Source of the DNA: Chrysomallon squamiferum
Lineage: Eukaryota > Animalia > Mollusca
Assembly: GCA_012295275.1 (NCBI GenBank)
Contig: CM022668.1
Span: 2,852,001-2,916,000 of the forward strand
Direction: 5' to 3'
DNA length: 64,000 nt
Under the pieces are notes generated by a model. The model worked only from the letters and a program-made list of their open reading frames with translations. It ran no database searches and was not told where the DNA came from. The position numbers and the translations under genes are program-made. Each line of letters opens with the position of its first letter. Within the stretch, counting starts at the first letter, position 1. This document shows, one piece after another, positions 42,365 to 57,540 of the stretch.

Positions 42365-42410
42365 TCTTACCTGAAACGAAAAAAAAATAAAAATAAAATT
42401 AGCATAAATA
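42365..42410 (-). other. Candidate recursive splice site (ratchet point); AG|GT junction between 42371 and 42370
   Basis: Minus strand reads atgCTAATtttatttttatttttttttcgtttCAG|GTAAGAttt: branch-point-like CTAAT, AG-free polypyrimidine tract, CAG acceptor abutting a near-consensus donor. Confidence 0.55.
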
Positions 42411-43165
42411 AAACCTAGTTTCATACAATTCACATCAACAACTAATACAAAATTCATCAACAACAATTGATACAATAATTCACAATTAGTAAACACTAAC
42501 ATGAGGGAATCATTACAAAAAACAATTCCCTACAAAAGTATTGTTATAGCATGCCACACTCTCCCCCTTCAGACATCCCTCCCTCCTTCCCTCCATCCAT
42601 CCATCCATATCTGTCTCAGCCTCCTGATTTCTCCTATAACAGTTATCACATCTCCTAACCCCTACAGACATTTATGTACATTTATCATCCATTTTCCCCT
42701 GAAATAAATGTCACAGTAAACCCCTCCCACACACACAGCCACACACACCCTTCCATACCCCCCCAGCAAATAACTTTAAAACACACACCAACTGTCACAT
42801 TTCCAGTAGGATCAGACACACAGCTCTCCCCCCAACCCAACATTTCCCTCACCCCCCAGGATTCAGATCAATGCGTATTGATCAGTTTTGTTCACTTTTT
42901 TTTTTTTTTTTTTTTTTTAATTTTATTTTTCTGATCTTGTTATGGCTGATTAGAGCTCTTGCAGTTTTCATGGGCTTTAGAAGTGTTGATGTGACCAGAA
43001 CAGACAGATTAACACAGACATAAACAATGGAGTTTATGACAGCAGTAACAGTGAAGACAAAGTCCAGTTTATTGACTACTTGGGCAGGGAATTCACAGAG
43101 AAAGAAAGAGACGTGGAAATAAAACCAAACAAAAGGCATCTGTTTCTTTTTGAAACTTGATGAAT

Positions 43166-43495
<330 letters not shown>

Positions 43496-44544
43496 TTTTC
43501 ATTTTAAAAAAAAAAGTAATTAAAAAAGTAATTTATGATTTAAATTAAAGAAAAAGACACATATAAAATTAATTATAATTAGAAGAGAGAAAAAAACCTG
43601 ATTAAGTGATAATAATAATAATTCATGTACAGAATCTAAGTTAAATATACGTTACAAATTAAGTTAATACTAATACATTACTGTACAGAATTTGTATAAG
43701 GTGAAATATAAATACATTCTTCTTCAAAGGCTCATTAACCAACATTAAATACATGTTAATTAAAAGTTCCATGTCCATAGAAAACATTGCTTTTATTTTT
43801 ACTATTATTTTTTTCTATTTAATACCTTTTTCTTGCATTTTTCTTTTTAAAATTACTCACAAAAACAACAAATTAACTTTTAAATCGAACTGCAGAATTA
43901 GTTAATTACCATATCCTCATTTTATTTACATATTTAATTAATTCTTTGTAAACCCATAAGTCATATTAATTAGACTGGTTAAAAAAAGAAAATTTATAGA
44001 AACAAAATTGTTAATGTGAGTGATTTACTTTTTATGTAGTTCTTAATGCATTAATTTAAAAAGGTTTTCAATTTAGAAAAGAATGAAAAAAAAAAAAAAT
44101 TACAGTTGAGAATAAAAAAGCACAGAAATAAATGTTATATAGAAAATTAATAATAGCAAACCATTATAAGTAAATTTGCTAATTCTCTGTGATTTGAAGA
44201 AAGAAAAAACATGGCTTATAAATTAATTTAAAATGTCACATGGCATGTTTATCTGTATCCATGGCAACCATCTATTAGTAATATTCACAGATTTGACTCT
44301 ATCGGGATGTAAAAATGTACGTAAAATAAAAAATAATTTTGAGATGTTTAGAATGGAACAAACTGTTGAAGGAAAATACACACACACACAGAAACACACA
44401 GAAACACACACATACACACAAACAAACACAAACACGCACAGATACAGACACACACATACAGACACAAACACACAGACTTGACAATGGCTTTTTTGCAGCA
44501 TCCTTCACAAACACTTTTAGAAAACTACAGATATGAATCCCCCA

Positions 44545-44727
44545 AACACATACCAGTATAGACACATACACCATACACACACATACACACATACCAATAT
44601 ACAAACACATACCAGTATAGACACATACACACACATACCAGTATACACACATACACACACATACCAGTATACACACATACACACACATACACATAGTTAA
44701 ACACAAACTCATATATGCACATACATA

Positions 44728-44761
<34 letters not shown>

Positions 44762-44815
44762 TGCTACTTTTACAATCATCAACATAGCTATTAATACAAC
44801 TACTGCTGTTAATAT

Positions 44816-44871
<56 letters not shown>

Positions 44872-44872
44872 T

Positions 44873-44910
<38 letters not shown>

Positions 44911-45066
44911 TTACTAGTACTACTACTACTACTACTACTACTACTATTACTACTACTACAACTAGTACTACAACTACCACTACTGCTATTACTATTACTA
45001 CAACTGTTACTACTACCACGTCTTCCAACACACCACTACTGTTACTACAACAACAACTACAACTAC
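44545..45066. repeat. ~24-bp cacataccagtatacac minisatellite, then (CA)n and (CTA)n tracts
   Basis: Direct observation; source of the poly-Thr/poly-Val pseudo-ORFs. Confidence 0.9.
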
Positions 45067-45367
45067 AGTGAAATGACTTATGTGCACCAGAGTAGATGAC
45101 ATCACCTATCCTAATACCTGCCCATTATATTCATTTTAGTCGCGCTTCGCCGACTCGATGCAACATCAACCGCAGACAAGCGTCTGCTTTTGACATTTTG
45201 TTTTTGTCAGAGAAAACAGTGCGTTGCAGCGGGGAATTTGATCAATAAAGAATTAAAAAAACAAACGTTTTATCAAAAAAAAAAAAAAAAAAAAAAAAGT
45301 ATTTTTCACGGTTGAGCGATCAGTTTGATGGTAAACATGTTACGTAAGTTGGGCTGAAATAATGTAC

Positions 45368-45920
<553 letters not shown>

Positions 45921-45978
45921 TTATCTATATAAATATATATCAAAGAAATATAAATAGACAAAAAGAGATAGAGAAAAA

Positions 45979-46050
<72 letters not shown>

Positions 46051-46722
46051 ATAAAAGTTGAAGAGAATGGAATAATATATATACATATTATTTGACTGAG
46101 ACAGGTATGGAACTAATAGATAAAAAAACACAGGTAAACAGAAATCTACATGTGGACACAATTAGACAGACAGACAGACAGAGAAACAGACAGAAATTAA
46201 TGTCACTTCGTACGTTCTGAAATCTATCTCTTTTTTTTATGATCACCCATTAGCATTATCACTACATTCATCACCACCACCACATCATCATCATCATCAT
46301 CATCATCATCACCATCTTAATCACCATCATCATCATTATCATTAATTAGTAAAATAGCAAAGCAGCATTTAAAGATGTAATTTTGTCTTATGCAATTTGA
46401 GTTTGGAAATCGATGGAGACGTGAATGTAAGTGTGGACATGCACTGGCAAGCTAAAAGCTATTAATTATAATTATGTATGTCATCTGTTCATTAATGTTT
46501 TATTAATAAATGTATTTTCACTGCTTATCTAATGCATCAAAAGGAACTGTGTAATGGAATGTACGATTGTTTTTGTTATCAGTAGTGAAAGTGCTTTTTT
46601 TATCAAGTTTGTTATTTTGATTTTTCTCTTTTCTTTTTGCATCATTTCCAGATCTCTCTCTCTCTCTCTCTCTCTTTCTGTTTCTCTCTCCTTTTCTATT
46701 ATTTCTTTGTTCCTTTGCCTTT

Positions 46723-46810
<88 letters not shown>

Positions 46811-46904
46811 GGCTATTTTAATGGCTGATGATAGTGCAGTAATATTTAAAAATAATCTGTTTATCACATGATAAAAATGATAACTATATATATATATATA
46901 TATA

Positions 46905-47250
46905 TAAGTAATGGGTGTGCATGTGATATCATCAATAATTAACTGCCAGTTTTATCACTTGAAGTTTGACAGAGGTAATTTAGATAAAACGTTAAGATAC
47001 GAAATGGTGTTTTATTCAAGAATATTACTCAGCGACTAATTTAAAAACAAAATTATAAATTTGATTATATGTAGACAGATATGTCAGATGTGTGTGTATT
47101 ACTCATAATATATATATATATGTATATACTGCATAATCAGTCATTAAAACTTAAAATTATTATTTCTACCACATACAGATAGATGTAAGTATCAAAGATT
47201 AAAATGTTACATATATTTTGATATCAAATGGGTGTGTACTATTAATGTAT
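46905..47250 (+). repeat. Second locus of the ~118-bp repeat family
   Basis: gtcattaaaacttaaaattattatttctaccacatacagatagatgtaagtatcaaagattaaaatgtta aligns with 13393-13460 gtcattaaaatcaaaattatcgagcttaccacatacagagagatataagtacttaagataaaacgtta. Confidence 0.75.
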
Positions 47251-47360
47251 ATTTTATAAATAATAATTAAAATTGTTTTTTTTGTTCATTTCATAGATAT
47301 ATTCACTGATATAAATATAAATAAATTCATCCACAAACATATGTACTCATTTTTCAAACT

Positions 47361-47437
<77 letters not shown>

Positions 47438-49274
47438 ACACACACACAACTACTATTATTATTATGTGAATATTCTGAGGCAGCAGGTAATAAATCAAAA
47501 ATCTTTTTTTAACTTGAAAGGGGGGATAAAAAAAAGTTTATTTTTTAAATTTCAAAATTACCTTTTTGCACATGAAATAATCTTCATTAACGAAAAAGAA
47601 GAAGAAAGAATGAAGATAAATGAAGGAAGAACAAATGAAGATGAAGGAAGAAGAAATGAAGAAATGAAGAAAGAAAGAATGAAGAAAGAATGAATGAAGA
47701 GAGATGAACAAAGAAAGAAGAACAATTTAAGATAAATGAAGAAAGAACAAATGAAGAGAAATGAAGAAAGAAGAAAGAAGAAAAGAACAAATGATGATAA
47801 ATGAAGAAAGAACAAATGAAGAATGAATGAATGAAGAGAAATGAAAACAGAACAAATGAAGATAAATGAAGAAAGAAAGAAGATAAATGAAGAAGAGACT
47901 TATGAAGATAAATGAAGAAGAGACTTATGTTCCTATGTGTTACCTGTATGTATTAAAGTTGTCATAGGTCAAACACCTCACATTCTCACCTGTTATATTC
48001 AAAGGTGCCAATTAAGTCTGGATTCTCCACTAATAAAACCCACCTCCCCCCCACCTAGCAACCACATTCTCCAACCTGTTTCTCCTTCCCAACACATCTG
48101 CATTCCACAGATTCCAGGAATTTCCAAACTGGCAGAGCAAGAAATGTAAGAGAAAAAAATAAAGAGTAGGAAAAAAAGGAGGAAAGAAAATGAAGAAGAA
48201 GAAAATGAAAAAAAAAAAAAAGAAGAAAAAATATAGTAATAAAGGAAAAAAAAGAAGAAATGATTCCAAAAAAAGAAGGAAATGAAAGAAATGGAGAGAA
48301 AAAGAAGAAGAAATGAACATAAAGAAGGAAAAAAAGACAAAACAAGAAAAATTAGAAGAAAAAGAAAAGAAAAATAGAAGAAAAAGAAAGAAGAGAAAAG
48401 AAAATAGAAAGGAAAAAGAAAAGATAAATAAACAGAAGAAAAAGACAAATCAGAAGAAATAAGAAAATAGCTAAGAAAAAAGAAAAAAAAAGAAAAATGA
48501 ACAAAAGAAGAAAACGCCTCAAACTGTTATCTCTCACTGTCCTCTTATAAACAGGAAGTCAGCACTTCATTTGAAGTGTCTCTTGAACTTCAAAATCTTT
48601 TACAGATACTTGAGATTTGTCTAAAATCTGACAGGAAAAATTAGGTGAATACTCAATTTTTGGGGTATTTATTGTTATATTTTAATTTTTTAATTTTATT
48701 TGTTTGTTTATTTGATTATTTGTTTGTTTATTCATTTATTTGTTATTTATTCATTCATTCATTTACATTCATTTTATTATTTATTTATTTATTTTTTATT
48801 GTTATTATAATTAATTTTTATTTATTTACCTAATGTCACATGAAATTCATTATTCTTTTTATACAGATTCGTGAAATGATTAAAAAAAAAAAAAACATTT
48901 TCCTGATCTAACACAAACTCACAGACTTTTATTAAGTGTATTTATACTACAAGTGATTCCTCAATGTAACATACTTAATCATTTAATTTTCATCCTGAAT
49001 TTACAGACGTGCATTAAATCTATTATCACCTGACTGAGTGGGTGTGTAATAACAAAATGTATTTAACAGCAGGTGATATTTTTATTTGCATCAGAACACA
49101 GAAATAAAGTTGATGGCAAACTGTTAATATTTAATATAACTGATGTTAGTTAGGTTTTGTAGATGCTACATGACAAAGCAAGATGTTTCTAGATAATAAA
49201 TGAAAGGAATTTAACCAGTAAAATTCTCTTGTTTCATCACACACATTAGCAAGGAAGAGACTGAAGAGTTCCAA

Positions 49275-49510
49275 TAAAGGGAGATCAGTCTATAAAGAAT
49301 TTTAAGAAAGGGAGATCAATCTATGAAGAATTTTAAGAAAGGGAGATCAGTCTAGAAAGAATTTTAAGAAAGGGAGATCAGTCTAGAAAGAATTTTAATA
49401 AAGGGAGATCAGTCTAGAAATAATTTTAAGAAAGGGAGATCAATCTATGAAGAATTTTAAGAAAGGGAGATCAATCTATGAAGAATTTTAAGAAAGGGAG
49501 ATCAGTCTAC
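49275..49510. repeat. 31-bp minisatellite, ~7.5 copies
   Basis: gggagatca(g/a)tcta..aagaattttaagaaa starting at 49279 and every 31 bp to 49496. Confidence 0.97.
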
Positions 49511-49804
49511 AAATTGAATTAAATTAAATAAGGATAATAAAGATTATATGTGATAAAGATTATACATAATAGATGATAATAGATAATACAAGATTATATA
49601 CAATGGATAATACATGACTATATATCACAAAGGTTATTAAAAAGAAAATAAAACCAATTTTTTGTGCGGTTTCCTAATAATGATCTCAAATACGTCAGAA
49701 ATCAAATAACTTCACCACAGCATCAACAGAACCATTTTACACAATCACTTCAATCTGACTGCGTTCTGTTCAAGTCACAGTCAAACCTCCATCTCCTCTC
49801 TCTT

Positions 49805-49873
<69 letters not shown>

Positions 49874-50159
49874 TGTAACCCCCTGTGTCTCTCTGCCTCT
49901 CACTGCTGTAACCAAGGCAACCACGTAAACACGGGCATGTCACCTTGAAACTGTACTCTGTGTCCACTTGCCGTGAAATAAAACAGTCTGACTTTATTGA
50001 CATCTGCTCTCACGTGAAGTGCTGTTTTCCACTTGACTCAACTCACTTTAAAGTTGTTAACTGGTTTCACAGCACCCCTGAGAGCGTGAGGTGTCTCAAA
50101 CAGTGCGGTATGTGCTGCCTGTATGTTCAGACATATAACAGAAAGAATATGTGTGTTCT

Positions 50160-50194
<35 letters not shown>

Positions 50195-50984
50195 CTGTGT
50201 TAATTTCCACTTGATTGGATTCACATTCAGATTGTTAAATGGTTTCAAATGACACATAATACTAAACACAGAGGTATGTGTTGCCCTGTGTTTGTACAAA
50301 ATGTGATGTACTGATTTATGTGGTTATTCTCTCTCTCTCTCACACACACACACACACCAACACACACTCATTGTCTATCCATAAAATATTACAAATGCAG
50401 AATATCAGAGAAAAAGAAATAATGTGATTATTTGTTACTAATTATTACTGATTATGTAATAAAGTGAATTTAACTTTTTACTTTCCTTCATTTTGTTTTT
50501 TAAAGTCATACAATTTTTTTATATGAAATCAATTAAACAGGTTTTTTTTTATCTTTCACAAGGAATTTCTGTATCCACATTTTCAAAGATATCACACAAA
50601 CACAACCTTTAACACAACTGTTATTATCCAGATGGAATGGAATATTAGTCAATGGACAAACAATCATAATGTTGATTATCTAAAGCTCTGGTTGGAATGG
50701 AATATTAGTCAATAAAGAATGTTGACCGTAACCTAACTAAACTTTAAATGAGCACTCTACCACCAAACTAAACTTTCTTACAATAATGGGACCAAGGACT
50801 GTCAGGAATAACCTGGTTTTTTAAGTATGTCATGTGACTGGGTCAGGTTTCCTCTCTGAAGTGTCCAGGTAACAACAGATCATACCTGTGTATACCTGTA
50901 CCAGTGAACTGTAACTAACTTGAGGTGTTTGTTTGATCTGGTAACAGTATGAACTGTTTTAAAAGTTGAGTAAAGTTTAGATAA

Positions 50985-51095
50985 GAAGAGAGAGAAAAAA
51001 TACTGATATCTGCTGGAATGTGGTGTGTTTCACTTAGCAGCAAAGGATTTTTTTAATGAACACCTTTCCATGGACAGTAGAGCAAATACCTCACA
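50985..51095 (-). mobile_element. Decayed SINE-like repeat fragment
   Basis: ttagcagcaaaggatttttttaatgaacacctttccatggacagtagagcaaatacc matches the shared core. Confidence 0.6.
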
Positions 51096-52271
51096 AACAT
51101 ATTAATTGTAAATTTTTAAATTAATGTATTTTATACAGACACACACAGAGAGAAAGCTTTTATATTTAACTGCAAGCTTATATATTTAATTTAAAAAATA
51201 CATTTTTATTTATTTGCTTTTTATGTTTTCTTCTTGTTGATGATTTATTTATTTATTATATTTATTATTATTTTAATTTTACTTTACTTTTCTATATTTT
51301 TTTTTATTTTAATGTTTTTTATTTTATTTTATTATATTTTTATTTTAATATTTATTTTACTTTTTTTTTTTAAATGTATTCTATTTCATTTTATTTTATT
51401 TATTACTATTTATTTTTAATAAAAAAAATTAAAACTCATAGAATAAATCTGCTTAGTATAGATTTTAAACGTGGTAATCTTTGTTATCTGAAAGTTTATC
51501 TACCTGTTTGTACCTGTACATTTAATTAAAAACAAAAAAACCACTATCCACTAGTTTATACTTGTATAACATTCTTTATAAACAAAATAATATCTACCTT
51601 TTCATACCCATTTACCTTCATTAAAAAAACAAAACAAAAAAAACCTAGTTTCCAATCACTACCTATCAATACCTGCAAAGCTTTTCAAAAAACGAAAACA
51701 TAAAAGAAAAAGAAACAAAACAAAGTATTACCTGTTTTAGTTTCTTAATTGCAATGTACATTATACCTATCTATCCATACCTGTAAACTTTCTAAACAAC
51801 AAAGGTTTTACTTTTTACTCCTGTTAATACCTGTGTGTTTTTTCTTAACGACAAAAGATGCCATATATCATATCTACCTATAGTTACCTGCACAGTGAAT
51901 GATGATTAAAGATTTTTTTTTTTTTACCTTTCTTCTCTTTCCTTTTACTTATTTTTCTTTGTCATTCTGAACAAAGAACAGGTAATTATCATTGTGAAGA
52001 GATATCAATGCAGGAGTTAAAAGAACAAACAGGAAATGAAAAAAAGGTAAAGATTAGAAATACCTGAGAGTATTTTACATAAATCGTTAGTATCAGGTGT
52101 AAGATAAGTGTTTTCTGTGGATTGTAGATCACGAGAATAAAGTCAATCTCCTGTTCTGAGACAATATAGTCTTTGTTTTTAGTATAACAACAACAACAAC
52201 AACAGCAATAACAATGATGATGATGATGACAATGACAACAACAATGACAATAATAAAATAATAATCACAAA

Positions 52272-52339
<68 letters not shown>

Positions 52340-53756
52340 TAATATTAATAAAACATATTTTTTTAATTCCTGACAATCATTCTTAAAAATTTAATTTCAA
52401 AATTTCATAAATAATGACAGCAGTTTCTTTAAAAAAAAAAAAAAAAAAAAAAATTTCAAAAATCAATAACAACCATTGTTATATGAAAAACTGTTTCCCT
52501 TTTTTTTTTTTTTTTTTTTTTAAATTTAAAAAATTCAAATTGTTCAGTGATAAGACTCAGCTGCCACTGAAAACAGCAGATTATGATGACAGACACACAA
52601 ACACCTACATGGACATTTCTTTACATTACGTTCTTGAAAAATCAATCATTATTCCTGTCTGTGCATATATTTCTGTCACTTTAATATATTCATTTATGTA
52701 CCAGGTTTTCATATTAATTTATATTTTAATGTTTGTTTTTTTTTTTTGTTTTTAAATGTATATTTATTTGTATTTTAACATATTAACAAACTCTCAGTAA
52801 CATAATGCATCTTTTTTATTTAGTTTTTATTTGCTGTATTATTTAAAATAAATAACACACATTTAGTTATTTTAATTATTTATTACTTACTCTTTATTAT
52901 TATTATTATTATTTTAAATTTTTACTTTATTTTATTTTTGGTGGTATTTTTTTGGTTTGTATTAAAAATGCTTTTCTTTATAAATAAACATTGTGACTGA
53001 AATCTAATCAATTTCATAACAACATCTCTCTCTCTCTCTCTCCCTCCCTCCCTCCCCCTCAGACTCCATGTGTGGGGGGAGGTTTTGGCACAATGTAGAC
53101 AGTTTTTATTTACAAACACAACATTTCTGAATGGAAAATAGTATTTTATCTCACGTAATTACGCCATTTACCAGCGTCTAAGCCTTCAAAATCATTTGCA
53201 AATTTAAACATTTTCTAAAATTGCTGCTGACTACCGAATACAGCTTACCAATCGCTTTTTTTTTTTTCCTCTGCAGATTTTAAATAACACATTTCCTAGG
53301 AATCATCTGTAAATATATTCCTAAGATCTATAATGTCCCTAAACCTCACATCCCTATTGATTTGGCTGCATTCCGCCTCATAATGATATTTGCAATTTAA
53401 ATGTACTTCCATGGTGTCCAAGTTGAAGAATAATTATTAGTTGTTTTGTTGTTTTTTTCTTGCAGATTTTGACAAATCCAGTGCAATGCTGTCATTATAA
53501 AAAATAACTTCTATAAACTGAAGAGAAAATAATTTCAGGGTTGAATTTAATGAACATCAGTTTTGTTATATTTAGTTTTTTTCTAAGATTATTTTCATGT
53601 ATATTTCTGTCCATCAATAAGCCATGAAAAAAATAATAAATAAATAAAAAAAAGAGTTAAATCTCAATTTTATAAAATGCAGTTCATAACAATAAGGACA
53701 ATGTAGGTTAAGAAACAAAATATATTCCCCACCATCAGCTATTTTTATTATTATTA

Positions 53757-53789
<33 letters not shown>

Positions 53790-54349
53790 ATTAAAAAAAA
53801 TGCACTCTCGTATATTTTTCATTTCCACAAACTGCATTCCAGAAAGCTGATTCCTAAAAAAAATAATATTTCGATCAATAATCTGTGAACAGACAGACAG
53901 ACGAAAGACAATCAGTCTTGTTTGATGAACATTATCAGCACTCGACTCATGTAAATATGATTTAATTGTGTTAATCATGCATGTGCATGCAGCAATCAAG
54001 CGAGAAATCGTCAGACCGGCAAACCGAACACATCTACAACAGACAAATACAAAAAATTCAATTTTTTTAATCGCCGAAACGTCCAAGATGCCAAAGAACT
54101 GAGATAAAAATAATGTAAAAAAATAATAATAATAAAAATAATAAAAAAATTGTTAAGAGTTTAAGTACTTGGAATTAATGGAATGTTTTGTGTCTGTTAC
54201 ATGGTGAAGAAAATGTTTAAAAGCTTGTGAAAATGTAAAAAAAAAAAAAAAAGTTTTACAAGAGGTCTTTGAAGTTTAAAAATCAATGTGGTTGTTTGGA
54301 AATTACTCTCACGTTAATGTTATTTAGCAGGTCTGATGTTATGTTGAAA

Positions 54350-54690
54350 GTAGCTGTTTAGAAAGTACTGTGTTGTAAATGTTGTTACAAGGGTTTGAAT
54401 TAGTTGAAGCTGCATTCAAAATAAATGTAGTTATTTAGAAAAGTATTATGCTGTAAGTGTCATTGTAATGGTTTAATTTTACATTTAAAATAAGCGTAGT
54501 TATTTAGAAAATGCCGTGTTGGAAACATTGTTTAAAATAATTGATCATTCATTTAAAATAAATGGAGCTATTTAGAAAGTAAAATGCTGTTCAAAAAGTT
54601 TATAAATGTTGGTATTACATTTAAAAGAAATGTAGTTATTTAGAAAGTATCATATTTAAAACCAGGGTAGTGGTTTAGAAAATACTATAC
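54350..54690. repeat. ~68-bp degenerate tandem repeat
   Basis: Conserved core atttaaaataaatgtagttatttagaaa recurs about 5 times. Confidence 0.8.
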
Positions 54691-54729
54691 GATGAATATT
54701 GCATATGTTAATTTTAAAACCAATGTATA

Positions 54730-54895
54730 AAAGAATAAATGATTTATTTAATGTCACACATTTGTAATGTGCATTTATATTTAATACAGATGTTTAATCA
54801 GGAAAACAGAATCCAAAAGTGGCCATGAGAGTAACTAGATATATAGGATTAGCAGCAGGAATCTTTTTATACGAGTACCTTCCCATGAACAGGAA
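54730..54895 (-). mobile_element. Decayed SINE-like repeat fragment
   Basis: ttagcagcaggaatctttttatacgagtaccttcccatgaacagg matches the shared core. Confidence 0.55.
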
Positions 54896-55143
54896 GCTTT
54901 ACATTGGTCTGTAAGAGCCTGGTCTAGGAGTAATGAGCAGTGAAAGATGAATTCCTGGGAGAGGGTTAAAAACAGACAACTTCCCAGACTGCAGACATTG
55001 GTTAAGTGAAGCAAACATCATCAAATAAAGACTAAAAGAGCTTTGTGAATTGAACTTGGAGCTTTTCAACATGGGAATCACAAAACTGCAGTTTGCTCAG
55101 TTTGTGAAGGATTCCACAAAAAACACAACAACCCATTATTGAA

Positions 55144-55179
<36 letters not shown>

Positions 55180-55624
55180 CTTATATATATATATGTGTGT
55201 GTGTGTGTGGGTGTGTGTAGGTATTCATGCATGTGTGTGTGTGCGTGTGTGTGTGTGTCTCTTTACACAAAAACACATTATTTTTAAGTTGTAATCCACT
55301 TAAAGATGAAAATTATTTGATTTCTCCAGAGCATATAAACTGAGAATGATTGATCAAAAGTGCATCCTCTCAACCATCAAACCATATTAAACATAAAACA
55401 TTTTCAAACACAAAAATAAACCTGAGTTCAAACCACCATCAATTAAACTAAAAACAACTTTCAAACATTCTTTCGAGAATAAAACAGTAAAAAAGACCAT
55501 AAAACAAAACTGTTATCAATTAAGGTAAAAAATGAAATCTTTCATAGAATCCAAGAACTATGAAATAAATTACAAAGTTCTCTGTGAAATAAAAGTTGTC
55601 AAAGAGATCATTTCAAACAAACCA

Positions 55625-56100
55625 TGATCAAAATACTGAAATCTTTCACACAAAATCATCATCAAAGAACTGAAATCTTTCACACAAAATCATCATCAAA
55701 ATACTGAAATCTTTCACACAAAATCATCATCAAAGAACTGAAATCTTTCACACAAAATCATCATCAAAATACTGAAATCTTTCATCAAAAGAACTGAAAT
55801 CTTTCACACAAAATCATCAAAGTACTGAAATCTTAACACAAAATCATCAAAGTAAAATTTTACATCATCAAAATACTGAAATCTTTCACACAAAATCATC
55901 ATCAAAGAACTGAAATCTTTCACACAAAATCATCAAAATACTGAAATCTTTCACACAAAAACATCAAAGAACTGAAATTTTACACACAAAATCATCAAAA
56001 TACTGAAATCTTTCACACAAAATCATCAAAGTACTGAAATCTTTCACACAAAATCATCATAGTACTGAAATCTTTCACACAAAAACTGAAATCTTTCACA
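55625..56100. repeat. 31-34-bp minisatellite, ~15 copies
   Basis: Unit actgaaatctttcacacaaaatcatc(atc)aaaga/aaat. Confidence 0.97.
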
Positions 56101-56449
56101 TTATAATGATTTACCGGACTATGCAAGAAAGCAAGCATTAACTTGTTAAGATGAATTTATTTGTTATTATGTTTTTTTTAATAATTAATTAAAAAAAAAA
56201 ATTTTTAAAGTGTTTTTAACCATGTATGATATTATACATTAATTCATGTATCATTTTTATTGCTATTTTCTTTTTGCTTTTTTAATATTATTTTCTAAAT
56301 TATGAATCTTATATTAATTCCAAGATTTAGATTTTGTATTTATTTTTTAAGCAATTTGTACACAGAGAGGTATGTAAATATAAATCTTTCTGTTATATTT
56401 AATATCAGTGTTAAGTCTTCATTTAAGAAGATTGATTCCAATCCTGGAT

Positions 56450-56797
56450 TAGGTTATTTGTATTCCGAGATTTATATATTTTCTAAATTCTATTCTAATA
56501 TTTTCTTAGTTTGTAGATCAAGTTATTTGTATTCTAAGATTTCTGTATTTTGTAAATTCTCTCACTAACATTTTTCAAGATTTGTAAATCAATATATTTG
56601 AATTCCAAGATTTCTAAACTTTACAAATTCTTTTTCTAAGATTTCACTCAGTTTGTAGATTAATATATCTGTATTCCAAGATTTCTGTACTTTGTTAAAT
56701 TCTCACCCTAACATTCAAGATATTTGTATTCCAGGACTTCAGTACTTTTGTAAGATTCTACTCTAAGATTTTCTCGGTTTGTAGATCAAGCTATTTA
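56450..56797. repeat. ~70-bp degenerate tandem repeat, ~5 copies
   Basis: tatttgtattccaagatttctgta...aaattct...gtttgtagatca recurrences. Confidence 0.8.
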
Positions 56798-57242
56798 AGA
56801 CCATCACACGCTGTAAACCCTTGTTCCAATATCACATCAATCTGCAGATCTTGTTACAGAGAAGTAAGTCAGAGCCAATTCCGTACTAAGCAGATTTGTC
56901 ATGAATTTGTGTGCATCTCTGATAATGGACTCGGGGCTGAAGTAAAGATTAACACAAAAACACTGAGTCTGTTCTGTTCTGTCCGTCTGTTCTGTTCTGT
57001 CTGTGAGTCTGTGGTGCAAAGTAGGTTTGGTTTTAGTTAGCAGGATGGAGTCAGTGGTTTGCTTCTGAAATTAATTCAGTTCAGGGACAGAAAGACAAGA
57101 GCAAGGATTCTGGGGGAAAAAATTAATTTTTAAATGTTTTTTTTTTTTTAATTTTATTGCATCTAAGAAATTTTTGGGTTTTTTCTTATGTTGATTATTT
57201 CGTTAAAATGCTTCTGTATGTTCATTGTGAAATATTAGAATA

Positions 57243-57442
57243 ATAATGATAGAAGTAGTAATGGTGGTGGTGGTAGTAGTAGTAATAGTTGTAGTAGTGG
57301 TAGTGGAAGCAGAAGTAATAGAAATAGTAATAATAATAGTAGTAGTATTAGTAATAATAATTTTAGTAGTAACAGTAATAGCAGTAGCAATTGCAGTGGA
57401 AGTGGCAGTAGTAGTAGTGGTAGTAGTTGTAACAGTAGTTGT

Positions 57443-57500
<58 letters not shown>

Positions 57501-57540
57501 CTAGCAGCAACAGTAATAGTAACAGTAGTACTTCTAGTTG
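57243..57540. repeat. Compound (GTA/GCA)n trinucleotide tract
   Basis: Direct observation. Confidence 0.9.

Noticed and set aside
49275-49510. CRISPR array
   Set aside because: Head-to-tail 31-bp units with no unique spacers.
53883-53926. Hammerhead-like GAAAGAC...GTCT stem
   Set aside because: The upstream core is CTGTGA rather than CTGANGA, and there is no stem II.
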